From Ptychomitrium polyphyllum (lineage: Eukaryota), in NCBI GenBank assembly GCA_973851085.1, contig OZ316776.1, positions 8,680,001 through 8,744,000 on the forward strand: a DNA stretch of 64,000 nt, read 5' to 3'. Of this stretch, positions 1 through 12,983 are shown piece by piece (position 1 is the first letter of the stretch; every line of letters starts with the position of its first letter). Under the pieces are notes generated by a model. It saw only the letters and a program-made list of their open reading frames with translations. It was not told where the DNA came from and did no database searches. Both the position numbers and the translations under genes were made by a program.

Positions 1-2809
1 AATACTTCGGCGCCACGGTTCGAGTGACCGACGGCATGAAGTGGGCGTGAGCATCTCTAGCGGCAATTTCGTAACTGCAAAGGTTCCTATGCTTAGACCC
101 TTTCGAGCTTTGGAAATGGATAGCCATTAAATGATTAGAACGCTAGGTTCTCAATTCAAACAAGGTTTGTAACTTGCTATTACTTGTGAAAGAGTGATTG
201 TATAGTGCGATTAATTTAACTTGTATCAAGCAATATGGGACAAGGGAACTGGATGTCTTGGTATACTTGCTACTCTAGGTCATTTAGTAGTAGTTTATAT
301 GAAAAGGTATGTGGAGATTCTGGAAAAACTGCGGTTTTTGTTTGAACGTGGTGATGTGATCATGCTGGAGCAGCCCAGAGGTGTGGTAAACGGAATTGAT
401 TTCCTATCCACTGGAGAAGTAAAGAAGATCAATGTTTCTCGAATCAAAGAACGACTGGACAGTAATTGTATTGTAATGCTCAGCAACTTGGGATACTCAG
501 CCTCTGGCGAGGTCCTCAACTGTAAGTAAGTGATATTACTTCCTTTTCTTGTTTTTCTGCTACAGGCGTCATGGGGCCTTCACTACTTATGTAATTGGGC
601 CCTTTTCCAGCAATCTCCTCTTCCTAGTGTTGATCTACATGAACCGAATTCCAAAGCATCAACTGAACTCTCATCTTAAGTTGGCTTCTGTGTCTTGCAG
701 CACTTATGAAGTGGCAACAGCTTGCGCAACAGCTCTTCAAGCCGACAAGCTTCTTTGCTTATTGGATGGTCCAGTATGTGACGAAAATGGACGTTTAGTA
801 AGGTTTATGACTTTAAATGAGGCAGACCAACTCATACGAAAGCGTGCAAGGCAAAGCTACACTGCTGCTGACTATGTGAAAGCTGTCGCTGGACCAGGAT
901 ACGTTAAAAGCCTCGGTCTGGAGACGAAATGCAATGGTTCTTTACGTGATGAATCTGGTTCTAGTGCCTCTAACGTGACCAAGGAGCCCGATTTGAAGAC
1001 CGGACATGAACACCTTGATTCTTATATTAGTGGTAATGTGTACAGTCTGGAGGGTTCATCCAATGGTCAGACTAAGAGTAGTAGCACAACCCAACAAGGT
1101 TTTGCTATTGGTGGACATGAGCGGTTAATTCGAACGCATGCATACTTATCCGAGCTTACAGCAGCCGTCTATGTTTGTCGAGTAAGTTTAAATCTGCATT
1201 AACTTGTAGCAACTAAGGCCTAGAGGTTTTTAGTGCTTACTTTGATTCTACGCTGCTATTGCGTGAAGTTCTTTAAAGTATTAGGATTTCCTTATTCATC
1301 CTTAACATCTTGGTAGAAGGTTTAATATTTTGAGGAATTCAGGGATGATGAACTGACTGTTTGATGCTGTTGGTATATTCTGGAAGGGTGGTGTGGGTCG
1401 TGTTCACCTATTAGACAGTAACATTCAGGGAGCTTTGCTGCTTGAGCTCTACACTCGTGATGGTGTTGGAACAATGATTTCTAGGTGCATCTCAGAATTT
1501 GTATTTTCTTGTCTCATGTTTCCATTACCAAATCTCTGACAACTTATTGCAGATGTGGTGTATTTTCTCGGTTTGCCCTATTTTGAAAAAGGTTAGAGTA
1601 CTTGTGTCCATCGTGAGCCCTTTTGACGCCGGAGTCTATTGTGATGATTACAACAGTGATATGTACGAAGGCACACGACCAGCAAATAGGAATGATGTAG
1701 TTAGTATAGAGCAACTGCTTCGTCCTCTGGAAGAAAATGGAGTTTTGATCCACCGTTCTCGTGAGCAGGTAAAAATTATAATCACGACGAGTCTTTTTCG
1801 CTTTTTATGGAAATACCGTAGTAGCCTCTAATTAGGCTTTACTTTCTGCGTTTTCTCCTATAAATGTATTTATTTTGTGTGTACATATTATACAGGTAGC
1901 ATGAAGAAGATCCAGTTGTTTCAAATGAAGTCCTGACCCTTTTTCTCAAATTTGCAAAATTTAGTCTCCTAGCAGAAAGTACATTTAGAGCCGAAGCAGC
2001 TAAAGAATGGCTATGTTCTGCCAATAATAGCGTCTCACTGGCTACATGATTGTCGCAGTTGCTGAAAGAGCTGGATGCGTTCACTGTGGTCGAGAGAGAT
2101 GGCTCTGTGATAGCATGTGCTGCACTTTTTCCTTACCCGAAAGAAAAGAGTGGAGAAATTGCAGCTTTTGCTGTTTCACCAGAATGCCGCGGCCATGGTC
2201 GCGGAGACACTTTGCTTGGTAAGCAATTTTACTCAATTCACTATTAACGGCCATGTTCTTTGATTTCTACTCTTATTACAACCCTGGATATGAGGGAGAT
2301 TTGAAATTCGAGTAGAGCCTTGAGATAGCACCTACAAGATCTGAATGTAGGTCCTCGTTGTTATATTGTGAATATACAGAGAATGTATAATAGTTTCATC
2401 TAACGAACCAAAAAGAATCGTATAAGATTATCGGATGTGATAACATTAATGTCAATCTCTCTTGTGCAGATTATCTTGAAAGGAAAGCAGTAAACCTGGG
2501 ATTAGAGAAGCTTTTTCTTCTCACAACTCGAACTGCAGACTGGTTGGTTCTCGTTTATCTCGGTTCTAGCAGTCTGTTTCATCACCAGTTCATTCCTTCT
2601 ACTCAAGAATTCTGTTTGACAAGGTTGGAATTCTTTGCAACAGGTTTGTACAACGAGGATTTGCGAAATGTGAGCTCAAAGAACTTCCTGAAGAGAGGCA
2701 AGCTCGAATCAACTTATCACGGGGCTCGAAATACTATCTGAAAGTGCTACAGTTGGACCTCCTTGAGGCAAGTCTATCTGAAGGCAATCTTGTGGACGTT
2801 CGGAAATGA
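1..2809 (+). CDS. NAGS: N-acetylglutamate synthase (amino-acid kinase-like + GNAT domains), 5'-partial. Exons <1-82, 374-525, 701-1181, 1387-1484, 1657-1768, 2059-2218, 2470-2542, 2644-2809
   Basis: Joining at GT-AG boundaries gives one open frame with [102 protein letters not shown], matching plant NAGS/ArgA motifs; stop TGA 2807-2809. Confidence 0.96.
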
Positions 2810-4481
2810 GCAACAGTTTTATTTACGAACTACTTGGTACCAGTAGAGCTGTGAAGGAAACTGATGACTTAATGTCTGATGATTCTACTTCGGTTGACTC
2901 TTTATCAATCTCCTTTGGCAAACGTTTTCTGGAAAGTCGGAATTATTCAATAGCAAATAGATAGGTATTCAAGTAGACAATTTTGAAGGCTGCACTTCTT
3001 TGAAGACTGAACTAAATTAAGTAAGTACACAAGCGTAGAAAGGTGTGTCTCTCTTCCATTTTAGATGGAAAACCTCTCACTGAGATTCCATTTATGAGAT
3101 GGGTGTATGGCGCAAGGATAGTATTTCAATACTGGACGTTGTAAATTAATAACCTGCCACTTTTTGAGCAATCGTAGCTGTATGAGGAATGCAGAAGCAT
3201 GTCCTTACTACTGTAATACGATTTGAGGTGATTTTTGAGATACCATAAATCCTTGCTTGCAATTCGATGGCTCAGAGTGCCTCTACTTGGACTTTCTGGT
3301 GTTTTCTTTCTTGTGTCTCAGAATCAAAGTGCTAGCCTCTACAATACCAAACGTAGAAGGGGACAGAATACATTAGTTTTTGCGGAACACTGCTCGCGAT
3401 AAATCTACCCATTTTGTTTTAGCAGGATTTGTGGCATCGCACAATATAATGTGCTTTTTGTTCTTTGTAAATTTTTGCCATACCAAATGGTTCCAAGTTC
3501 CCGCGTTATGATTTTTTCACTCTAGTATCTCTTGAGGTGAATTGTACGTCACCTCCTGGCTACTGTCGCCAATATTGACCTGAAGAAATATATGAAATGA
3601 AGAGTGCAAGGAAATGAGAGATTTGCACAAGTTTTGAGAGTGATCATCATTTTCCACACAGATCACTGAGTGCTAGATCGTGTGACAACTCAACATTCGT
3701 ATCTACATAAAAATATAATGTCATGTTTTCTCGAGTCTTTTGAGAGTACTTCTGATTCTCAGGAGTACATGCATGCGAAAACGCCTGTCATGATTTCATA
3801 ATCAGTTAATTTCACACCTTTGGTATGTGCGAAAAACCTTAAGAAATTGCCAACAAGGTACGTCAGCATCCAGTTGTTGCGCTTGCAGAGTCACGATATT
3901 CGGTTCGTAACACTAAACCGATAACGTCTCCTACAAATATATACCGGTTACTTGCCATGAAAACAGCGTGCCTGATCAAATAACAAAAACACTTATCCAA
4001 CCAACACATCGCAGTCACCAAACAGAAATTGATCGCTTCTGGCAACCCAAGCTGCCTGAAATAACCGCTATTACACACATACCCAAACTGCTCTGCAATT
4101 CATCCTTACAATTCGCAGACTCTCGATCAAAGCACTCGAGCAAGCCCGCCTCATGACACCTGGCTCAGTGAAGGGCACATGGTTGACATGGAAAATCTAA
4201 CTAACCTCAGACCTAACGTGCAATTCACATCTCAGGCATGAAACTATGTACTGTACAGAACGCACCGAGGTGCAAAGTGCAAGTAAGTCTGGGTCAACTA
4301 TTCAAACCTTAAATTCGGTTCCCTCTCTCGTTGCTAACATACAGCAGTAGTTAACTACTCTGCCCATCAACATTCAACAAATACATATGTACTCAACCCA
4401 TGCTCTTAAACTCACTACAGATACAGTAAATTCACTACTGTACTGCCTCATCTAAGTAACGATCACAGTGAGACTGGATCA

Positions 4482-6299
4482 TCAATGCCTAGTGTTCGAT
4501 GGAGTCTCTTCTCTAGAAGGACTGCCCGTACGTCCACCATGGTTTCTGTGCAGCTTTCGAGCAGTTTCTACAGACTGTCTCCCAATTGTATCAACCTCAC
4601 GGCGCATTCGCTGGTAAGAACTCTCCTTGTGAGCGTACGAGAGAACTAAGAACAGTGAGGACGTTGCAACAATGGCAGAGAATCGGCTCACCAGGAGAAA
4701 TAGCAATACCAGCAGAAGTCCCACAATCAACCATAGGTCGAAATTCTTGTAACCAGCACAAATAATTGATTTCGCTGGCGCATCGTGCAAGCTTGCTGTA
4801 ATATCAGTGCATTGCGAGGGTTCCATCGCCTTCGATGAGAAATTCCTCCCTAATGGCGACCTTCGGGTGATGCTGGGTTCAGGTGTCTTGTCCTTCCGGA
4901 AGCTGCATTTCCTCTTTAAGATGCATCGTTTCTTTGAGCTCTCAAGGAAGACTTCCTCGTCTGGCCAGCCATCGTCGTCCGACATGTCCTTCTCCTTGTC
5001 CCTACGTGAGGACAATTTTGAACTCCGCCTTGGGCTTGAAGGAGGGGACTGTAAGGTAGGACTGCCAGAAGCACTGGATCCAGATTTTGAAATCTTCGCC
5101 TTCAGCTTCGATGACAGCTTCTTCATAAACTGCCGAGTCGAGCTCGATGCCCTTACATTCGAAGAGCTTGAAGAGCTATCGGAGGTTTCCGCTCGAAAGT
5201 GAATTGTTGCTAAAGCGGGGAAACCACTCGATGAGAAAGAAGAGTTTTCGGGAACAACTGGAAAGGTGATACTAGGGTCCCGTTTCTGCACAAACCCTAT
5301 CTCCGATTGCGCATCTACCCTCCCAACGGAAATTTGACAATTCGTGTCTGGTTCTGGAGATATCTTGCGGCGGACTAAAGGCAGCAAGGCTAGCCCTCGC
5401 GGCACACGGATAGACAGATGAGGCACGACATGACGTGCCACTAATGACTGCAAGCAATCGACCCATACCTTCCATTTCTGCCACCTGACCACAAGATTGA
5501 TCGTGAGTACCTCTAAAACAGAGTTCCCGAGCTTCGTCAACTGGCTACCCAAACAAGCGCCCAAGGCAACCAACAATGCGAGCGCGGAGCTGGGCGATCG
5601 CGACCACGACTTCTCCAGCAACAAAAGGCGCCCGTTTCGTATCAGCCTTGCAGACCGTGCTGGCAAACCCACTGTCATCCCCGAACACCCCGCCTCTTCT
5701 CGCTCCCCATCTTCTCTAATCGGTCCCCTAATCTCCACTGCTGGGGATAGGGATGCAGCATCCTCTTGCAAAGTCGAAGGAGATGCAGTGACAGGAATGA
5801 TTTCCCTCTGCAAATCGCCAACCACTGGCACGTCAGAGTCGAAGCCGAAGCAGTGGCTGGGGTCCGGGAAGGAGAAGCTCTGCGAGAGCTCGATGGTCTC
5901 AATCTCGACCCGCGAGTTGGAGTGAGAGCCGAGCAGCGGAGGCGACTGCTGCAACAAAAGCACCTCGGACGACCTCGGCGACAAGTCCAGCTTCTCCCGG
6001 CGCCGGCTGGCCGTGCGGGCCAGCGTGGTGGCCGTCCACTCCTGCGCGGATCGAGACAGGTACCTCACGGCCGAGACGGAGTTCCCAGTCTTGTCCACCA
6101 ACGAGGCCTTTTTCGCTTGAAGCTCTGCCATCAAGAGTGCGAATTTCTCCAGCCCTTGCGATGCAAATGGGTTCTGCTTCTTCGACTTCCTCTGCGTCGT
6201 CTTCTTCTTGGCCTCCGCTAGCTTCTTCTTCAGCGTCGGCCATAGCGACTTCTTAGCGGAATTTGCGTCACCCTCCATATTGACAAAAGAATTGGGCAC
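4482..6299 (-). CDS. Intronless 605-aa ZCF37-like membrane-anchored protein of unknown function
   Basis: Long open frame. N-terminal KKQNPFASQGLEKFALLMAELQAKK resembles the NPYSxRGLDKFSxLLxEL motif I recall from ZCF37-family proteins; C-terminal hydrophobic segment LWLIVGLLLVLLFLLVSRFSAIVATSSLFLVL. Confidence 0.75.
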   Translation of the reverse strand: MPNSFVNMEGDANSAKKSLWPTLKKKLAEAKKKTTQRKSKKQNPFASQGLEKFALLMAELQAKKASLVDKTGNSVSAVRYLSRSAQEWTATTLARTASRRREKLDLSPRSSEVLLLQQSPPLLGSHSNSRVEIETIELSQSFSFPDPSHCFGFDSDVPVVGDLQREIIPVTASPSTLQEDAASLSPAVEIRGPIREDGEREEAGCSGMTVGLPARSARLIRNGRLLLLEKSWSRSPSSALALLVALGACLGSQLTKLGNSVLEVLTINLVVRWQKWKVWVDCLQSLVARHVVPHLSIRVPRGLALLPLVRRKISPEPDTNCQISVGRVDAQSEIGFVQKRDPSITFPVVPENSSFSSSGFPALATIHFRAETSDSSSSSSNVRASSSTRQFMKKLSSKLKAKISKSGSSASGSPTLQSPPSSPRRSSKLSSRRDKEKDMSDDDGWPDEEVFLESSKKRCILKRKCSFRKDKTPEPSITRRSPLGRNFSSKAMEPSQCTDITASLHDAPAKSIICAGYKNFDLWLIVGLLLVLLFLLVSRFSAIVATSSLFLVLSYAHKESSYQRMRREVDTIGRQSVETARKLHRNHGGRTGSPSREETPSNTRH

Positions 6300-6947
6300 T
6301 CCTCTCGATTCCTCGTCTCATGAGCTAGACTTCACCTTTCTCAATCGCTACCAACCCACAGAACCTCGCCGATGCCCAAATTCTAACCGCAAAACTGCTC
6401 CAAGTTTCCACACACTCCTAGCTTCAGAATCCAACCCTAACGTCAATTCAAATCAACCCCAGCTCGCTCACCATAAGCTCCAGTCTTAGTCCAATCTCAC
6501 TTCAATCTCACTTTAATCTCACCACCCTCAAAAACATTCCAAACGCGTCATATAACCATCAATTCCCCAACTCCTGTCTCCACCACCTCGCCTATATACA
6601 ACAGTCATCTCCCAAATGGTCCGGTCATCACACACACCGAGTAGACAGCGCAATCCATCAAACGAAACGAACTCAGAAACTGTCAACTTGCTTAAAACCC
6701 TCAGAAGACGACCCCGCGTTCCGACCCACGAGTGTAAGCTTTTCCAGAACTCCTTCCAGAGAATCACGAGCAACTGTTTGAGCGCTGCTCATGAGCTCCC
6801 GACCGACAAGACGTAAGTCAATCAATCTTCCAACTTCGCTATGGCTTCTAGTGCCATTCCAGCGACTCCCACCAAACCCAAGTTGGAAAGACCACTCACT
6901 GGATCCGAATTGTCAACACGGGCAACGACCACCAGCAAACATTCCAC

Positions 6948-6977
6948 TCGGTTTCAGTTTCGGTTTCGGTTTCGGTT
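6948..6977. repeat. (CGGTTT)n hexamer simple repeat, ~5 imperfect units
   Basis: cggtttcagtttcggtttcggtttcggttc read directly. Confidence 0.8.
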
Positions 6978-7051
6978 CCTGGTCTGCTCTACTCGGTGCT
7001 TGTTGATCAAGTTTACACCGCATAACTGAGAATCATCATCAGCTCCGCGAC

Positions 7052-7812
7052 TGTCATAGATCTCGGAACGAGACACGGGCAACGCCTGGGCTGCGCACAA
7101 GGTGTCCCGGCGAGAGTAACTCGAAGATAATACCTAGGTTATACTCGTGTGATACTTCTGTGATACTCCTCAGATAATGGGTTAGTGCAAACCAGGTTCT
7201 GAGGCTGCCGGGGAGACGACGACATCTAGTTCTCAATTCATAACTGGTGGATACTTATGCGATGCTGCCTTTATGCTCGGATGATACACCGGATATTGTC
7301 ATGACGATATTGCACGGGGTGACGATGTTATGCGGGTCATTCTTTTTACGATACTAGTGTGATGCTACAGTCATTCTACTGTGTTACTAGGACGGTGCTG
7401 GAGCGGGTATCGAAAAGGGTTACCTTGGGGCGGACATGCGACAGAGATATTTGGAGCCCATTATGGTAGCGGACCTGCGGTACTAGGTTGATACCATGAT
7501 AATACTATTGCGGTACTACGTTAACACTGAGGTGATTCTCGGGAATTGATCTAGCGGATATAGGAGAATATTGATGACAAGGGTAACTTTGGAGCCCCTT
7601 GTTGTGGCGGGCGACGAACGACCGCAGCTGACGCATGGATGACGTGGCAGTGACGGCGACGGGTAACCGGGGGGGCTAGGGAGGACCAGAAGTCTTTGGA
7701 GTGGGTGTCCGGGTGGGAAGCTTCTTAAGCATGGTGTTGATTTTCTGCTGATCTTCTTGCTGATCTTGAGTTAGTGGCGCCAATGGGAATTATGGCGCCA
7801 ATGGGTGTTACA
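7052..7812. mobile_element. Possible LTR-retrotransposon LTR fragment
   Basis: GC-richer non-coding segment ending GGGTGTTACA (TGTAACACCC on the minus strand, a common Gypsy LTR terminus). Internal direct repeats TTGGAGCCC..GCGG (7451, ~7589) and TGGCGCCAATGGG x2 (~7775-7805). No TSD found; left end uncertain. Confidence 0.3.
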
Positions 7813-10800
7813 GTTTTCCTTTTCTTTTTGCATCTGATGTCACCAGCTCGTGGGTTTCATTCTTAAGTGTACTGCGCACAGGAGAAGTGTTCTTTTTGGA
7901 TTCTGTATAATTATGATGAATACCTTTACTGTTTTTTCTTGGTAGGTGCTAGGACTGCTTCACTGTATGTGCTCCTTTGTACTTTTCACATATTAATATC
8001 TATTTTCAGTAGTCCGCACCAATTTTTCAGAAGCTGTGTTATGTTCAAGAATTTTAAATGCTTTTCACATCGGAACCTATACAAAATTTCCATATGTCAT
8101 TGTACATGTGCCATCACAGTATGCAAGCAAGTTCAGAAAGATCTTAACAGCAAGTTATGATAAGGCGAATCTAGTACCCGAAGGAATTTTTTAGGTTTTT
8201 GATAGGGATGAACTACATTTAACTTGTTTTTAAAGAAGTAGCACGTACCAAAATTTTGAACTCATAGTCAGTTGAGGTATATCCTTTTTAATTTCTACGA
8301 AGCAATTGTTATGTGATGAAGTCTTGAAAGGTTTTGTCTTCACAATTTCTTTAATCTTCAGCAATTAGCACTACCTAGCTTTCTGACAAAGACTTCAATG
8401 AATGCATATGGTAACAAACTAATGCTTGTAAAAGTTGCAATTATTCAATGGGTTTATAGATGGCCTTGAATTCACTGAGGTTGTTGTAGAATATGGAGTT
8501 GTAGGCTTTTGGAGAAAATTATTCTTTTGGAAGAGGACGTTCAGAAGAGTTATTGAAGTACTTTCGAAAAAAGATTTTTTCCTTTTTTACCCTTGCATTC
8601 AAGAGCTTCAGCATGTCCTCTCTGGAACACCGTCGACCCCACCCTGTTCCACCCACAACCATTTAATATGACGTTGAAAGGTTTTTGGATTGGAAGACAG
8701 CTTGCAAAGCTGTTGCATGTGACAACAATTGATTGTTTAAACTTCTAGGTAAAAGTGCATGGAAATTTTTTGGAAGAAACTTTTCCAATAATAATTTAAG
8801 GTTGGATTATGTCAAGAGGAGTCTGCAAGTTGCATTAAATGATGGATGATTTTAGTGGATAGTTAGTAACTTAGTCATGAGACTTCAGAGTGATCTTGTA
8901 GAGTGATCTCATGGAGGTAACTTGCTTGAACACTGTTGTTCTTTTTCAAAAAGGACTGATCATGAAATCTACTGGTCAATTTCGAAGATAATCTTCAAGG
9001 TTTGATCAGTATAGAGTCAACAACTGTAAGTCATGTGAATTGTACATTGATTTGATAATCCAGATTGCTTGAATGCAATGTCGATTATTTGCAGCAGGTA
9101 AACAGGTCCATATCCCACATGCTAAGGATTGCGCCTATTTTTTAGTTTTTAACGAGAGAATTAAGATTGGAGTAAAAAACAAGTTGAATCATAGATTTTT
9201 GATAAAAGTTTATTCTAACAATGAATTTTGAAAGCATATTCTTACTAGTACGTTAGCCCATTAATCATCCAAACATTAGCTAGCAGCTACTACATAATAC
9301 ATGCACAATCACTAAACACTTGGTTGAGAAATTGCTTTACAACAAGTCCATGTCCACTTCATGGTTCTCTTCAAAAAATATATATATAAATCCATCTTTT
9401 ATCTTCGTTACTTATATTCCGTAAATTCATTTACATCCAATTAGCACTAGTCTCTCACCCGTTCTCATCCATTTTCTACCTAGTGGATAGAACATATGCT
9501 TGGTAATTGCTACTCTGATAAATATGGGAAGAAGGTGGTGATGGGTCTCATTACATTAAAAGGTGCAAGCTGCTTTTAAGACACATGTGTGAAGTTGTCA
9601 ACACCTCATCAAACCACAGAAAACCTTATTGGACAAGCCATTACTATCTACAGTACCTTTGTTTCAAAGTGAACAATATTGACTCATCACTCATGTCACC
9701 TTTGATTTGGCAGAGTAAATATCATGCTGAACTAAGGACCACAGTAACAGAAACAGGGCACCTCAGGCCCAGGCCTCCAAGTTTAGACTATCAACCAGAG
9801 TACAGGCAACCATAAATGTAGCAATAGAGTAGATGGCACTAAGTTGTTCTTCATAATAATATTTTACTCATGGGTATAATTTTTACTTAACATTAATTTC
9901 TTCATCAAGGGCGAAAATTTGATACTGTTCACATTTAAAACTTTTGGAAAATCATAATTGAGTAAATACTCATCTTGCACAAAATGTTATAGCATTCTTA
10001 AACCAAAGAGTATAAATGGGACTACTAAAAATTTAAAATTTTAAAATGTAATGCCTAGCAAACACAACGATATGTTTTTTAACAGAATAGGAAAGAAAGA
10101 AAAACATCAACAAAAAATCTTCAAAAGATGGAACCATAGTTTATTTCAATGAGGAAACTTTGTAGCATTCACCACATGTTTATACCTCTAAATTCAACTT
10201 CTTTATATTTCTAAACATATTAAATAAATGCATGTATGCTTTAAATCCACCTTATCTTTCTAAAGTCATGCAAATTCAATTTTGATGTGTAAAGTGATAT
10301 TAAAAGATGATTTCCAATATTTTTCTTTATTTTCATTTGTGTGTGATAGTTTAGTAATTGTTACAAAAGAAAATTATAATCAATCTAATGAGCAAGTTAT
10401 TCTTAATTGTCTGAATGCATCAGGCTGGTGCTTTTCACTTTCTGGCGCTTAGAGGCTGCTCCACAACAAGTTTTAAAATGAATCAATCATCAAAATGATT
10501 GATAACTACCTCCACCAAATTATGGCTAGTGTAATCAAGAAAAAAGGAATTTGAATCTTTAATGTGATTTTGGAGATGCTTAGCCCTGACTTCTACATAT
10601 TTAAATTAGGTTTGATCTTTTTAGTGAGTATTAAGGAATGCAAATAATTGGCAATGAGGTGGGATGTTTGGAAGTTGATGTCATGAGAAAGGTAGAGGAT
10701 GGTACCAACAAAGGAAAAGAAAAAGAAAAGGCCAAAAAAAACAAAAAACAAAAAAATAAATTATCTTTTGTTTCAATTTCAAACTCTTTTAGGTTAGACT

Positions 10801-12957
10801 CCAGTAATAGTAGGGATTTTTTGGGAAGTTAAATGGTTAAAGAATTAAATTTGAAGCATTCAAATCTCTTCAATTTGTACAACAAAAACTAATTTTCTCC
10901 AATGTAGTTGAATTAATCAAAATATAAAAATATAATTTTATCCTTCTTTTAGATGAAATTTCAATCTACCATGGCTTTGTGTGTAACCAAAATTTCATAA
11001 GAAAAATTAAAATTAGTTTTTTTTAAAAAACTTTTAAAAACTTCTTCTACTTGAAGCTTATTAAATTTTCCAAATTAAGATTAAAAATGATATTAAAATA
11101 TTTGTTACAAAGGTCAATGCCTAAAAGCTAAAGTAACAATCATATGCAACTCCTGATGCCAAAAATTTGTAGCACATTGAGCCGAGCTTAATAAATCAAT
11201 TTAATTTAGCCTGAACCATAGCTTCGCCAAGTCTATTACAAATTGGCATGGTATTAGAGGGTCTTAATTTTGACCAGATCCATCAACTTTAATCATTCCT
11301 ATGCAATCTTTTCCTTTTTTGGCTGACATATCAAATACACCTTTTTCTTTCATTTCTTTCATTGAGCCTTCTAAGTATTTTTTATCATTTTTTTTAATTA
11401 ATCAAATCAACCATTCAAACCAACTTTTTAAATTCCAAGCAATAAATAATAGTAATTATTATCAAAATTGATGTAGTATTTTACTCCTTCAAACAACAAA
11501 ATGTATATAAATCAAAATTTATTGAATTTTTTCTTTATTCTTAAATCAATTAAAAAATGGTCCAAATTTAATGGCCAGATTAAAAGGTCAACAAAAAATA
11601 ATCAAAATTTAAAATTCCTTTGAAAGTTTTGTCCTAATCCCTTAATCATTGCTCATTTTAGAATCATTAAGGTTTTATTGAGCTTCTTCTTCCATGCCTT
11701 TGATTAATAGAATTTTAAAAAATTGCACCTCATATAGACATTTGATACTTCTCCATCTTATATTTTCTAATTTAAGTTTCTTCATCATCAACTTTTAAAA
11801 GGTTACATCTTAATCAATTTTTATATGTAATGCTAATTTTTGGTAGAAGTATAGAAAATCTCATTTTTAAATTTAAGAAAACCATTCATGCACTTAAATT
11901 AATATTTGGTGCTAAATTTACAACAATACATTTTATTTATTTCCAGTTTTAACTTGATTTATTTGTTTCTATTTGCTTTGCCTTCAACATACATAAGTGC
12001 AGCAAAAAAAGAAATTTTATGGGCAATTCTAACCAAAACCTTTGCTTTCAATTCATGTCATCTTCATCTTTTTGAAGTCCAATATTTGCATCAGCATTTA
12101 TTTCTTTGACTCCAAATATGTCATCAAAGATTCTATTATAACGTTTTTGTTTTACTAATTTAACATTCAAATTCAAGGTATTACATTTTGCATGTCATTT
12201 TGTTTGCTTTGCTTAATAGGAAAATTGAACAAATTACAAAATAGGCTTATTATGATTTTCCTCATTGTTTGTTCTTAGTTTTAATTTTCATAAGGTTTTC
12301 TTTTAATTAACCTTTAAAAATTATATTTGACAGATGATGTTGGAATATTTGTTGCAACAATTAACATACTACCTTCCAAAAAAAGAGAAAGTAATTAGCC
12401 ATAATTTTCTAATATTTGTATAATGATCAAAATGTTTATGATAACATGCAATTTAGACAAAAATATGCAAAATATCAATGTGAATTGCCCTTTCTTAAAA
12501 ATGAGTCATTATCTTAGAATTCTTGATTGAAAATTGAACTATTTTCTTAATTGGAGTGCACTAAAATCGCATCATCGTCAGTTTGAATACAAGCTCGATG
12601 AAAAATGAATTTGGACTAATAAAGACAAGTGAAGAATTGCTAAATATAAGACTATACCTCATGAACATACATCTTTAACTAATTATAATAAACCTTTCCA
12701 CCGTTCATCAAAATCAATATAACAACAACAAGCCAAAGAAAAAGAAGACCAGCACTAATTTCCACAACCAAGACCTTGCTTAAATCTCAGCACACCTTTT
12801 CCAATCATGAACATATACTTGCCAAATCTTCCAAGACTCCAGTAGGTGTTTGTATTCATTTTTAAAATAACAAAAAATTAAATAAATCTTGAATTTAAAG
12901 AACTCACTAGAGCTTTGAATTCAATCCACACCCTTGTCTTCCAAACGTAAACATAGG

Positions 12958-12983
12958 AAAAAAAAAAAAAAAAAAAAAAAAAA
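12958..12983 (+). repeat. Poly(A)26 tract
   Basis: Counted directly. Confidence 0.9.

Noticed and set aside
915..1095. Low-complexity insertion in NAGS exon 701-1181
   Set aside because: Plant NAGS proteins normally have a variable insertion before the GFAIGG motif
4807..6243. Several 70-150 aa ORFs overlapping the ZCF37-like gene
   Set aside because: Shadow frames of a GC-rich coding sequence with no motifs
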